Shown here piece after piece: positions 8,051 through 17,288 of a stretch of DNA of 64,000 nt (positions are counted from its first letter, which is position 1; each line of letters begins with the position of its first letter). Below the pieces are notes generated by a model, which saw only the letters and a program-made list of their open reading frames with translations, was not told where the DNA came from and did no database searches. The translations under genes and the position numbers were made by a program. The stretch is from a virus: IMG/VR virus record IMGVR_UViG_3300006028_000001, positions 1-64,000 of that record, one strand, 5' to 3'.

Positions 8051-10039
8051 ATGAAGCGCAAGAGAGCCCGTCGCGTCGCCGAACACCGGCCCGCCAACCG
8101 TCGACGCCGATTTGCCCACGACGACCTGATCGCGGTCGACCTGTTCTCCGGATTCGGTGGCTTGACCCGGGGGATCGAAGCCGCCGGCTTCACGACGATC
8201 ATGGCCGCGAACCACAACGCGTACAAGGTGGAAGTCCACGAGCGGAACCACCCCAACGCCGAGCACTGGATTGCCGACCTGGTAGACCCGGACGCGTCGG
8301 ACTACCACTCCGCCGCCGACCTGCCGCCCGGCGACATCCTGGTGGCGGGGATCTCCTGCACCAACCACACACAGGCGAACACGAAGAAGGCGTACAAGCA
8401 GGGTCTGACCCTGTTCGACCTGCCGGAAGACGAGGAGTACGAGGAGCGGGTAACCCGCTCGGAGCGGGACCGGGCCACCGCGCTGTGCGTGCTCCAGTAC
8501 GCCGCGCGGCACCGTCCGCGGATGATCCTGGTGGAGTGCACGACCGAGTTCCAGTCATGGGGGCCGGCCCGCCAGGACAAGCCGAAGATCGGCGACGGCA
8601 GCACCTACCGGTGGTGGCTGCGGGAGCTGGCCAAACTCGACTACCAGCGCAAGATCCTGTTCCTCAACTCGCAGTTCTTCGGCGTCCCGCAGTCGCGTGA
8701 CCGGTGGTTCGGCGTGTTCTGGAACAAGGCCATACCCGCCCCGGATCTGGAGCACCGGCCGCTGTCGTGGTGCGGCCTGTGCGACGAGGTGCTGCCGGCC
8801 GTATGGACGTGGAAGACCGGCATCCCGCCGAGCGGGTCGGTGCGCTACGGCAAGCAGTACATCTACACCTGCCCACGCTGCCGCCGCGAGGTGGTCCCAC
8901 CGATGGCCCCCTCGATCGGCGCACTCGACCTGAGCAACCTGGGCACCCGCATCGGTGACCGCGTCAAGCCGCTCGCGCCGGCGACGATGGCCCGCGCCGA
9001 CCGCTGCCGGCAGCGGTTCGGGGAGTTCCCGGCCATCCTCATGCCCGCGAAGGCGACGCACGGCATCGAGCGGACCCCGTGGCAGCCGCTGGCGACCCAG
9101 ACCAGCCAGCAGGAGACCGCGCTGCCGTCCACCGGCGAACGGGCCACGGTGGCGGTCACCGGTGGTGTCATCGCCGCGCACCGGCACAACGGCGACGGCC
9201 AGCACCTCGGCCGGCCGATGGACACGGTGACGACCACGCCGGAGAAGGCGCTGCTACTCGCCGCGGTCGCGAACTTCCAGGGCTCCCCCCGCGGCGTGAG
9301 CGAGGCGCTGCCGACGCAGGGCGGGTCGGAGACGTTGGGGCTGCTGACCGCGCGGGTGTTGCCGAACCGTACGAACGGCACCAGCCGCCACTGGGGCGAG
9401 CCGATGGAGACCCTCGTCGGTAACGCCGGCTCCGGTGGCCTATCCATCCTGTCAACGGGGGTGGTGCCGCTCCGTAAGAAGGGCGCCCCGCGTGGCGTGG
9501 ACGAGCCGTTGCCGACGCAGGCCGGCACGGAAACCCTCAGCCTCCTGTCCGCGGGTGTCGTCCCGTTCAGGCGGAACACCGTTCCGACCGTCGCCACCGC
9601 TGAGGCCATGCCGACGGTCACCGCCGACCAAACGCCGGGCCTGCTCACCGCCGCCGGCATCATCAAGAACAACGGCTCGATCGAAGAGGCCGACTACCGT
9701 GCCCACCCGGTCACCGCACCGCTCGGTGCCGTGGTGGCGTCCGCGTCGAACCAGGCGCTGCTGACGTCCGGCTGGTGGGCCACGCAGACCGCAGAGGAGT
9801 GGCGACGGCGCATCAACGAGCTTCCCCTGGAGGACTGCTACTTCCGGATGCTCGGCCCACACGAGGTTGGCCGCGGGTGTGGGTTCGACGTCGACTTCCC
9901 CGACCACCAGGGCAGCTTCACCGTGTGGGGTAGCGCTCGCGATCAGGTCGACGGGTTCGGTAACGCCGTGTCGCCGCAGGTTGGGGAGTGGATCGGGAAG
10001 CGCCTCCGTGCTGCGTTACACGGCGAGGTGCGGGCGTGA
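8051..10039 (+). CDS. DNA cytosine-5 methyltransferase with repeat-expanded target recognition domain
   Basis: DLFSGFGG (motif I), GISC (IV), GVPQSRDR (VIII), GNAVSP (X). Confidence 0.9.
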   Translation: MKRKRARRVAEHRPANRRRRFAHDDLIAVDLFSGFGGLTRGIEAAGFTTIMAANHNAYKVEVHERNHPNAEHWIADLVDPDASDYHSAADLPPGDILVAGISCTNHTQANTKKAYKQGLTLFDLPEDEEYEERVTRSERDRATALCVLQYAARHRPRMILVECTTEFQSWGPARQDKPKIGDGSTYRWWLRELAKLDYQRKILFLNSQFFGVPQSRDRWFGVFWNKAIPAPDLEHRPLSWCGLCDEVLPAVWTWKTGIPPSGSVRYGKQYIYTCPRCRREVVPPMAPSIGALDLSNLGTRIGDRVKPLAPATMARADRCRQRFGEFPAILMPAKATHGIERTPWQPLATQTSQQETALPSTGERATVAVTGGVIAAHRHNGDGQHLGRPMDTVTTTPEKALLLAAVANFQGSPRGVSEALPTQGGSETLGLLTARVLPNRTNGTSRHWGEPMETLVGNAGSGGLSILSTGVVPLRKKGAPRGVDEPLPTQAGTETLSLLSAGVVPFRRNTVPTVATAEAMPTVTADQTPGLLTAAGIIKNNGSIEEADYRAHPVTAPLGAVVASASNQALLTSGWWATQTAEEWRRRINELPLEDCYFRMLGPHEVGRGCGFDVDFPDHQGSFTVWGSARDQVDGFGNAVSPQVGEWIGKRLRAALHGEVRA

Positions 10040-10072
10040 ACCCGAACCCCGCCGAACTTTCCGCCGCCGGAC

Positions 10073-10099
10073 GCAACCCCAGACGTGGGCGTGACGTAG
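10073..10099 (+). promoter_or_regulatory. Conserved phage promoter copy 3 (upstream of dnaN)
   Basis: GCAACCCCAGACGTGGGCGTGACGTAG. Confidence 0.75.
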
Positions 10100-10133
10100 C
10101 ACCACCCAGCCCACCCATCACGAGAGGACCCTC

Positions 10134-11300
10134 ATGCCCGCCACGACCATCGCCCCACCCGGCCTGAAGTTCCGCGTCGAACGCGACGCCCTGGCCGACG
10201 CCGTGGCGTGGACCGCCAAGTCCCTGCCCACCCGACCGCAGGTGCCGGTCCTCGCTGGGGTGCTGCTGCGGGTCACCGATGGCACCCTCACGGTGGCTTC
10301 GTTCGATTACGAGACCTCCAGCGAAACGACGCTCGGCGTGCACTCCGACGCCGACGGCGCCGCGCTGGTGTCCGGACGCCTGCTCGCCGAAATCACCAAG
10401 GCACTGCCGGCCAAACCGGTCGATGTCGAGGCGCATGGCACCCACCTGGGACTCGTCTGCGGCAGCGCGCGTTTCACCCTGCCGACGATGCCCGTCGAGG
10501 ACTACCCGGCACTGCCCGACATGCCCGCCCCCGCCGGCACGGTCGACGCGGCCACCTTCGCCTCGGCGGTCGCCCAGGTGGCGGTCGCCGCCGGCCGCGA
10601 CGACACCCTGCCCATCCTCACCGGCGTCCTGCTCGAACTGGCCGGCTCGACGATGACACTGCTCGGCACCGACCGGTACCGGCTGGCGCTGCGCGAACTG
10701 CCGTGGCAGCCCGAGCAGCCGGGCACCGACCTGCGCGCCCTGGTGCCGGCGAAGGTGCTCGCCGACACCGCCAAGACACTCGGCCCGGTCGGCGGTGACG
10801 TCACCGTGGCCCTCTCGCGGGACAACGCCACCGCGGGCAACGGCATGGTCGGCTTCGCCGCCGGCACCCGCCAAACCACCTCCCGGCTGCTCGACGGCGA
10901 CTTCCCCAAAGTGCGGACCCTGCTGCCCACCAGCCACAACGCTCGCGCCCGCATCCCGGTGGCCGCACTCGTCGAGGTGGTCCGCCGGGTCGCGCTCGTC
11001 GCCGACCGGGCCACACCCGTGCGGCTGTCGTTCAGTACGGACGGCCTGGTCGTGGAGGCCGGCGGCAGTGAAGACGCGCGGGCGAGCGAAGCCACCGACG
11101 CCGCGTACGAGGGCGAGCCGATGACGGTGGCGTTCAACCACGGCTACCTGCTCGACGGGCTTGCGTCGCTGCATGCCGAGACGGCGGTGCTGTCACTGAC
11201 CGAGCCGCGCAAACCGGCGCTGCTCAACCCCGCCGACGGCGACGGCAACCCGGACAGCAGCCACCACTACATGCTCATGCCGATCCGCATCGGCGGCTGA
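10134..11300 (+). CDS. dnaN: DNA polymerase III beta sliding clamp (phage copy)
   Basis: KFRVERDALADAVAWTAKSLP, FDYE, GRDDTLPILTGV, TDRYRLA, YMLMPIR. Confidence 0.95.
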   Translation: MPATTIAPPGLKFRVERDALADAVAWTAKSLPTRPQVPVLAGVLLRVTDGTLTVASFDYETSSETTLGVHSDADGAALVSGRLLAEITKALPAKPVDVEAHGTHLGLVCGSARFTLPTMPVEDYPALPDMPAPAGTVDAATFASAVAQVAVAAGRDDTLPILTGVLLELAGSTMTLLGTDRYRLALRELPWQPEQPGTDLRALVPAKVLADTAKTLGPVGGDVTVALSRDNATAGNGMVGFAAGTRQTTSRLLDGDFPKVRTLLPTSHNARARIPVAALVEVVRRVALVADRATPVRLSFSTDGLVVEAGGSEDARASEATDAAYEGEPMTVAFNHGYLLDGLASLHAETAVLSLTEPRKPALLNPADGDGNPDSSHHYMLMPIRIGG

Positions 11301-11329
11301 CCCACCACCAACCCGAAAGGACCCAGCCC

Positions 11330-11986
11330 GTGATTACCCTCCCGACCTGTGAACTGACCGGCATCCTCAACGACACCATCCCGTTCGCGTTGGACGACCC
11401 CGAATACCCCGAGTGGAATTGCATCCGCATCTGCTGGGACGGCGACCAGCTCCACACCCAGGCCCGCGACGAGGCACACGCCGCCTGGTCCCGCTGGCAC
11501 CCCGATGACGACCCCGACCAGGGGTCGGCCCAGGAATCCCTGCTTGAACCGTACGGCGGCGACGACCAACCGTGGACCGTCGTCATCCGCCTAGCCGACG
11601 CCAAAGCCCTCACCAAGATGCACAAGGTCGACAAGAAGCAGATGTTCGCCCCCGTCGCCATCGGCGAAGACGCCGGCAACCTGCGGGTGCACCGCAACCG
11701 GCAACCCGGCCTGATGGCCATCACCACCACCATCGAAGGCCAGGAGGTCAAATTCCCTGACCTGGCCGCGGTTGTGACGCAGCACGACCGGGCCGACGCC
11801 GTACGCACTATCGCATTCACCCCCGGGCTGATCGCCCACTTCGGCCAGGTCCGCCCCCGCGGTCCGATGGAGGTCACCTTCACCGGGCAGCGTGGGCCGG
11901 CGATCGTTGCCATCGGAGACCGGTTCACCGGGCTCATCCAGCCGGTGCGGGCCGCAGTCGAGCAGGGTTTGAAGGCGGTGGCGTGA
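11330..11986 (+). CDS. Degenerate two-domain beta-clamp-like protein
   Basis: N- and C-terminal segments echo DnaN domains 2-3 (see findings). Confidence 0.5.
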   Translation: MITLPTCELTGILNDTIPFALDDPEYPEWNCIRICWDGDQLHTQARDEAHAAWSRWHPDDDPDQGSAQESLLEPYGGDDQPWTVVIRLADAKALTKMHKVDKKQMFAPVAIGEDAGNLRVHRNRQPGLMAITTTIEGQEVKFPDLAAVVTQHDRADAVRTIAFTPGLIAHFGQVRPRGPMEVTFTGQRGPAIVAIGDRFTGLIQPVRAAVEQGLKAVA

Positions 11987-12324
11987 TGGCCGACCCGACG
12001 GAAATCCAACGCGGCCACGCCCACAAGGCCACCGTCGTCGCCGTCGCCGAACGACACTGGTCTGACCCGATCCCGGACGAATTCCTGGCGCTGTTTGAGG
12101 CGGCCGGGCTGGTCATCGACGACAACGACCACACCGTCATTGCCTACCGTCACGGCCGGAAGATCGGCGCCGTGTGGGGTCCGGCCGTAGAAGGCCACTG
12201 GTTCGCCTACCGCAGCGACACCCCCTGCGCGACCTTCCCTGACCATGGTCAACAAGCCCGGCGGGTTGCCGACCGGGACGAAGGACTGCGTCACCTGCTC
12301 GACACGGAACAGGCGGCTACGTGA
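11983..12324 (+). CDS. Hypothetical protein
   Basis: Coupled ORF. Confidence 0.55.
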   Translation: MMADPTEIQRGHAHKATVVAVAERHWSDPIPDEFLALFEAAGLVIDDNDHTVIAYRHGRKIGAVWGPAVEGHWFAYRSDTPCATFPDHGQQARRVADRDEGLRHLLDTEQAAT

Positions 12325-12599
12325 CGACCGCCCCGTACCGCGTCGACGAGCGCCACACCATCCGCTACACCCTGCCCGGCAACACACCCGCCCCGGTCGG
12401 GGACCTCACCGCCGCCCTCGCAGATGCGCAACGCGACTACTGCGCCCGCAACCGATGCGCACCCGACCGCCTGCCGCACGACTGGGCGCAGGTGCGCGTC
12501 CAGGACGGGCACATCGTCATCACCTTCACCGTCGGGGCGGCGCCGCGGGTCGTCGACAGCAACGCGGCCACGCAGATCATGCCGCGGGTCCTCGGATGA
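12321..12599 (+). CDS. Hypothetical protein
   Basis: Coupled ORF (GTGA overlap). Confidence 0.6.
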   Translation: MTTAPYRVDERHTIRYTLPGNTPAPVGDLTAALADAQRDYCARNRCAPDRLPHDWAQVRVQDGHIVITFTVGAAPRVVDSNAATQIMPRVLG

Positions 12600-12742
12600 C
12601 ACCCGGACCGGCACCGGTGCCGCACCCCGTCTACCCGACCGGCGGCCGGTGCCGCCACCGGCGTGACCCGTGCCCCGACTTCTGGTGCGGGCTCGCCGGA
12701 CGGGTGGCGGGCCGGGATCCGGCACATCCGGGCGACGGCGGC

Positions 12743-12769
12743 GCAACCCCGGCGGGCGGCGCGACGTAG
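12743..12769 (+). promoter_or_regulatory. Conserved phage promoter copy 4
   Basis: GCAACCCCGGCGGGCGGCGCGACGTAG. Confidence 0.7.
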
Positions 12770-12812
12770 CAGGTGGTGGCCAACAACCCGATCAAGGAGA
12801 CCGGAACTGCTT

Positions 12813-12986
12813 ATGAACGCGTCCGACGCAGAACCCCGCACGCGGCAGCGACCTCGGATCGTCCCAGCCGGAGAACGATACGGGCGCCTCGTAACAACCA
12901 CGACGCGCCTCGCTGGCGAGCCGCACGTCGAGGCGCGACCAGGTGTTCGCCGGCGCCGGGATACCGCGCAGCGCGCGGCTGATTGA
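12813..12986 (+). pseudogene. Possible N-terminal remnant of an HNH/AP2-type endonuclease
   Basis: GERYGRLV motif typical of such N-termini, followed by an early stop. Confidence 0.3.
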
Positions 12987-13049
12987 AGACGACGGGCAGG
13001 ACGACGGGCAGGGGACCTTGTTCGACATCGACGAGAGCGGAGGCGGGCG

Positions 13050-13259
13050 GTGACCGGGCAGCGCAACCCGCCCGCCTGCAGCCACTGGCTCAGCGGCACG
13101 CGGCGGCACTGCGGCAACCCGGACACCCGGCTGTACCTGGTCGGCCACCGGTGCGCGGAGCACACGCCGGCGCGGTTGGCCGGGCATCCGGAGCCGGTCA
13201 CCGAGGCGCTCGGCGCCATCCAGCGCAACACCGCAACCTCAACCGCGAACGCGACGTAG
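13050..13259 (+). CDS. Small Cys/His protein
   Basis: GGAGG RBS; CSHW...HCG...RLYLVGHRCAEHTP. Confidence 0.6.
   Translation: MTGQRNPPACSHWLSGTRRHCGNPDTRLYLVGHRCAEHTPARLAGHPEPVTEALGAIQRNTATSTANAT
13233..13259 (+). promoter_or_regulatory. Conserved phage promoter copy 5 (would drive the primase-helicase operon)
   Basis: GCAACCTCAACCGCGAACGCGACGTAG; the -10 overlaps the upstream stop codon. Confidence 0.75.
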
Positions 13260-13268
13260 GAGTCCGAC

Positions 13269-13730
13269 GTGACCAACACGATCAGCACCGTCGAAGACGG
13301 CACGCCGTTCTCCCGTGCGCTCGACGCAGACTGGGCCGCCACCCTCGACAGCCTCAAGGTGCGCTGGACGTACGAGCAGGGTGTCTTCCATCTGTCGGAC
13401 CAGAACGTGTGGGCCGCGGTTGGCACACCCGACGTGGCGCTTCCCTCTGGGGATCGCGACGACGTGCGCGACCCGATGTCCATCCACCTGCTCGCCCCCG
13501 ACCCGGACGGCATGGCCACCTGGGCCGGCGCCAACCCGGCGCAGGACCTCATCCTCACGCACTGCCCCGCATGCGACGGACACACCTTCATGGACGTCAA
13601 TGGCGCCTGGCAGTGCCGAATCTGCCACCACGGCGGCCGCGGCAACGACAACAAGTTCTGGCGCAAGGAGCACTACCGACCGGGTGAACTGCTGTTCATC
13701 CGGGCAACGGCTCTCGGCGAGCGCCCATGA
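13269..13730 (+). CDS. Hypothetical protein with C-terminal Zn ribbon
   Basis: AGGAG RBS; CPAC...CRIC. Confidence 0.65.
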   Translation: MTNTISTVEDGTPFSRALDADWAATLDSLKVRWTYEQGVFHLSDQNVWAAVGTPDVALPSGDRDDVRDPMSIHLLAPDPDGMATWAGANPAQDLILTHCPACDGHTFMDVNGAWQCRICHHGGRGNDNKFWRKEHYRPGELLFIRATALGERP

Positions 13731-15694
13731 CCCGGGCCATCCAGTCCGCCACGGCGTTCCAGCGCGTCCTCGACGCACTGGCCGCCGTCACCGGCATGAG
13801 CCCGAAAGGCTCCGGACGCCAACGCAGCAGCCGATGCCCCGCCCACCACGACAACAGCCCCAGCCTGTCCATCACCGACGGCAACGACCGGGTCCTCATC
13901 AAATGCCACGCCCAATGCGACCTCGACGACATCCTCGCCGCGCTGCAACTCACCCGGGCCGACCTGTTCAACGAACCTCGCGAACGCGGCCACGCTCACA
14001 TCAACGGCACCAAGCCGGCAGTCGTCGCCGAATACCCGTACCTCGACGAACGGGGCCAAGTGCTATTCGTCGTGGAACGCAAGCAGCCCAAGACATTCGT
14101 ATGCAAACGCCCCGACGGCCGCGGCGGCTGGATCTACAAGGGCGCGATGGAGGGCGTGCGGAGGGTCCTCTACCGGCTGCCCGAAGTGGTCGCCGCTGTC
14201 AAAGCTGGCCAGCTCGTGTACGTCGTCGAGGGAGAAAAGGACGCCGACCGGCTCGCCGGACTCGGCCTGGTCGCCACCTGCAACCCGCACGGCGCCGGCC
14301 CCGGCAAGTGGCGTGACGACTATGCCCAGGCCCTACTTGGGGGCGAGGCGGTCGTCGTAGCCGACCGGGACGATGCCGGCCGCGCCCACGCCCGGATCGT
14401 CGTCGACAGCCTCCGACGCGCCGGCGTCAAAACCCATCTCGCGGAGCCGGCCTACGGCAAAGACGTATCCGAACACCTGGACTCCGGGCGCGACGTCGTC
14501 GACCTGATCACCATTGAGGGTGCGGGCGACGCCCCAACCGGCGGCGACGGCGGCGGGACGGAACTCACACCGCTGGTCGAACGCGAACTGCAGCGGCGGC
14601 GGGCAACCGCCGAAGCCGACCGCATCTTCGCCGTCGAGGTTGCCGAACGCGCCAAGAAAGACCTGTCCGAACTGCCCCGCGTCATGGACGGCGGCCAATT
14701 CCTTCTTGAAACCGATCCGCTCCCCGCGGCCATGTGGGGGGAGGGCGGCGACGTCCTGTGGGCGCGCGGCGAAGCACTCGTCATCGCCGGGCCGCAAGGT
14801 GTTGGCAAAACCACTCTGGCGGGCATGCTGCTACGTGCGACCGCCGGACTGCTGGACAAGGTACTTGGCTTTCCCGTGCAGGGTTGCGAACACCGGGTCG
14901 GGTATTTGGCCATGGACCGGCCGGAGCAGGCTCGCCGAAACCTGGGCCGCATGTTCACCGAGGAGGAACGGCCCGCGCTCGAAGAGTTCCTGCGATTCTG
15001 GACCGGCCCACCACCCACGGATGTCGCGGCCGAACCTGAGACCCTGCTGCGTTTGGCGCAGCAGATGGACGTCGACGTGCTGTTCGTCGACTCCTTGAAA
15101 GACGCCGCCGTCGGCCTGTCCAAGGACGAGGTCGGCGCCGGCTACAACCGGGCGCGGCAGCTATGCCTCGCCGAAGGCATCCAACTGGTTGAGCTGCATC
15201 ACATGGTCAAGAACGGCGCGGACGGGAAAGCCCCGAAGCAGCTTCGTGACGTGTATGGCTCCACCTGGATCACCTCCGGCGCCGGCTCGGTGATCGTCCT
15301 GTGGGGCGACGCCGGTGACCCGATCGTCGAGTTCCACCACCTGAAGCAGCCGATGAACGAGGTCGGGCCCTTCAAGATCATGCACGACCGGGCCACGGGG
15401 TTGGCTTCCGTCTACCACGACGAGGAAACCGACCTGGTTGCCCTGGCTCGACGGTGCGCAAGCGGTGGCGTCTCAGCGCGCGATGCCGCCACCTGCCTCT
15501 ACGACACCGAGAAGCCGAGCAAGTCTCAGGTTGAGAAGGCCCGGCGCAAGCTCGACGACCACACCGAGAAGGGTCTGCTGGTTCGCCGGCCGCCGTCCGA
15601 CGGGTCGGTGGTTGGTCGCGGCGCGGCGGACCTGTGGTACCCGGCCGCTCCGAATCAGTGGATCGAAGGCGAGTGGACGGAGCGGTACCGATGA
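13727..15694 (+). CDS. Primase-helicase (Zn finger + TOPRIM + RecA/AAA_25 helicase + C-terminal putative wHTH)
   Basis: CPAHHD...KCHAQC; VEGEKDAD and ADRDDAG; Walker A GPQGVGKT; Walker B LFVDS. Confidence 0.9.
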   Translation: MTRAIQSATAFQRVLDALAAVTGMSPKGSGRQRSSRCPAHHDNSPSLSITDGNDRVLIKCHAQCDLDDILAALQLTRADLFNEPRERGHAHINGTKPAVVAEYPYLDERGQVLFVVERKQPKTFVCKRPDGRGGWIYKGAMEGVRRVLYRLPEVVAAVKAGQLVYVVEGEKDADRLAGLGLVATCNPHGAGPGKWRDDYAQALLGGEAVVVADRDDAGRAHARIVVDSLRRAGVKTHLAEPAYGKDVSEHLDSGRDVVDLITIEGAGDAPTGGDGGGTELTPLVERELQRRRATAEADRIFAVEVAERAKKDLSELPRVMDGGQFLLETDPLPAAMWGEGGDVLWARGEALVIAGPQGVGKTTLAGMLLRATAGLLDKVLGFPVQGCEHRVGYLAMDRPEQARRNLGRMFTEEERPALEEFLRFWTGPPPTDVAAEPETLLRLAQQMDVDVLFVDSLKDAAVGLSKDEVGAGYNRARQLCLAEGIQLVELHHMVKNGADGKAPKQLRDVYGSTWITSGAGSVIVLWGDAGDPIVEFHHLKQPMNEVGPFKIMHDRATGLASVYHDEETDLVALARRCASGGVSARDAATCLYDTEKPSKSQVEKARRKLDDHTEKGLLVRRPPSDGSVVGRGAADLWYPAAPNQWIEGEWTERYR

Positions 15695-15769
15695 GGACGA
15701 GTCCCACCACCTGTGTGCCCATCACCCGTTTGTGGGATGGATCGGGCAACGGTTCGGCGGACCCTCAAG

Positions 15770-15982
15770 AAGTCACGTTTGAAGCATCGAAGCGTGACTT
15801 TCTCCGTGACTTTTCTACCAGGGAAAACAGGGTTAAGTCACGGTCAACGCATCGAAGCGTGACTTTCTCTCGTGACTTCGTCCCAACATGTGGAAGAAGT
15901 CACGCCAAGAAGTCACGTTCGAGACATCGAAGCGTGACTTTCTAATGTTTCCGCAGGTCAAAAAGTCACGCGGAAAGTCACG
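15770..15982. repeat. Iteron array (11x AAGTCACG, both orientations); probable replication origin
   Basis: 6 direct and 5 inverted octamers in a lower-GC intergenic stretch immediately after the primase-helicase. Confidence 0.8.
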
Positions 15983-15993
15983 CGATCTTGCTG

Positions 15994-16015
15994 CCGCCCC
16001 CCTAAAGGGGGGCGG
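15994..16015 (+). other. GC hairpin CCGCCCCCC-TAAA-GGGGGGCGG next to the iterons
   Basis: Perfect 9-bp inverted repeat. Confidence 0.6.
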
Positions 16016-16094
16016 GAGGCGGCTGCCGGGATGTCCGAAATAGGCCACATACAACCAAGAGGATCCGGTAACAACCAGAAAGAGAAGAGCCCCC

Positions 16095-16325
16095 GTGCCC
16101 AAGCCCACCCCGCTCGGCGCCGCGCTGCCGGCCGCCATCGAACACATCACCGACCGGTCCGCAACGGAAGCAGGCGTCCGCGACGCCTGGTACACGTGGA
16201 TCACCCAGTACGACGTCACATCCGCCGCGATCATCCACGGCGCGATCAAAGAAGCCGTTACCGAATGGCTCAACCGGCACGGCCACGAAGTGTTCGCCAG
16301 TGACCCGGTAAGGCGCGCGTCGTGA
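16095..16325 (+). CDS. Hypothetical protein
   Basis: Purine-rich RBS; first gene of a coupled series. Confidence 0.55.
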   Translation: MPKPTPLGAALPAAIEHITDRSATEAGVRDAWYTWITQYDVTSAAIIHGAIKEAVTEWLNRHGHEVFASDPVRRAS

Positions 16326-16537
16326 ACGGATATCCACACGTCCACCTGCGGATCTATCCCCTGACCTGGCGCATCCTGGCCCGCGGCGGCTGGTACCGCG
16401 CCGTGCCCTTCTTTGAGCTTGCCGACGTCGACCGGCTCGTAACGTTTCGTCGACGCGAATGGCTTGCCGGGATCACCGCCTCACGGCAGACGCCTTGGGT
16501 GCCCGGCGACACGGCTGCCTCGCAGGACCCGTCGTGA
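16322..16537 (+). CDS. Hypothetical protein
   Basis: GTGA overlaps on both sides. Confidence 0.5.
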   Translation: MNGYPHVHLRIYPLTWRILARGGWYRAVPFFELADVDRLVTFRRREWLAGITASRQTPWVPGDTAASQDPS

Positions 16538-16743
16538 CGATCCCCCGCCCCTGGCGCCGCATCGCCGCCCACGCCGTCGCCGCCGGCTGGACGATCCGCC
16601 GCACCCGCCGCGGCCACCTGCTGTGGACCGCACCGGACGGCACCCGGGTGGTCACCGCCGGCACCCCGTCGGACTGGCGAAGCCTGCGCAACGACCTGGC
16701 GCAGCTGCGCAGGGCCGGCCTGACGGTCAGGGACGGGGTGTGA
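16534..16743 (+). CDS. HicA-like (dsRBD-fold) protein
   Basis: GWTIRRTRRGHLLWTAPDG...TPSD...LAQLRRAG. Confidence 0.65.
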   Translation: MTIPRPWRRIAAHAVAAGWTIRRTRRGHLLWTAPDGTRVVTAGTPSDWRSLRNDLAQLRRAGLTVRDGV

Positions 16744-16790
16744 TCCATGAATGGTTGTGACCTGCGGCGCAACAAAATCCGCGCCGGGAC

Positions 16791-16817
16791 GCAACCTTCC
16801 GACGAGCCTCGACGTAG
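16791..16817 (+). promoter_or_regulatory. Conserved phage promoter copy 6
   Basis: GCAACCTTCCGACGAGCCTCGACGTAG; nearly identical to copy 2. Confidence 0.75.
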
Positions 16818-16849
16818 CACCCCGTGACCGCCCCTCCACCGCACCGGAA

Positions 16850-17110
16850 GTGACCAAGATGATCACCAGAACGAAGCCCCCACCGGCCCGGTCCGCCATC
16901 GTCGAGCGCTACGCCGTCGCGATCCTGGTCGACGCGGTCGAGTGTCTGGATGAGGCCGACCTGGATCGGCTGCCGGATCCGCTGCCGAACCGGGAGGTGT
17001 ACCGGGCGGCGATCCGGCTGGCGCTGACGATGGCTGCGGCGATCCGCGCCAACCCGGGTGCGGTGCTGGCGCTGGTGCCGGCGTCCGGCGGGTCGGGGGC
17101 GGAGCTGTGA
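16850..17110 (+). CDS. Hypothetical protein
   Basis: ORF downstream of promoter copy 6; start uncertain. Confidence 0.5.
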   Translation: MTKMITRTKPPPARSAIVERYAVAILVDAVECLDEADLDRLPDPLPNREVYRAAIRLALTMAAAIRANPGAVLALVPASGGSGAEL

Positions 17111-17214
17111 TGGGCGCCCCGCATGCACTCGCCGTGTCAGGAGCCAAGATCCGGCCTCAAATGTGCGCGCGGATGTTCGGACCGGTCCGACGCCGGATTT
17201 TCCGGCAGGCGGGT

Positions 17215-17240
17215 GCAACCCCTTGGCGATCCGCGACGTA
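17215..17240 (+). promoter_or_regulatory. Conserved phage promoter copy 7
   Basis: GCAACCCCTTGGCGATCCGCGACGTA. Confidence 0.7.
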
Positions 17241-17288
17241 CCCACCCGTGACCGAACCCGCCAGCTCACCCAGGAGCCGTGAAATCCG

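Noticed and set aside
15770-15982. Possible CRISPR or mini-array
   Set aside because: Units are 8-bp motifs in both orientations with no unique 30-40 nt spacers and no cas genes
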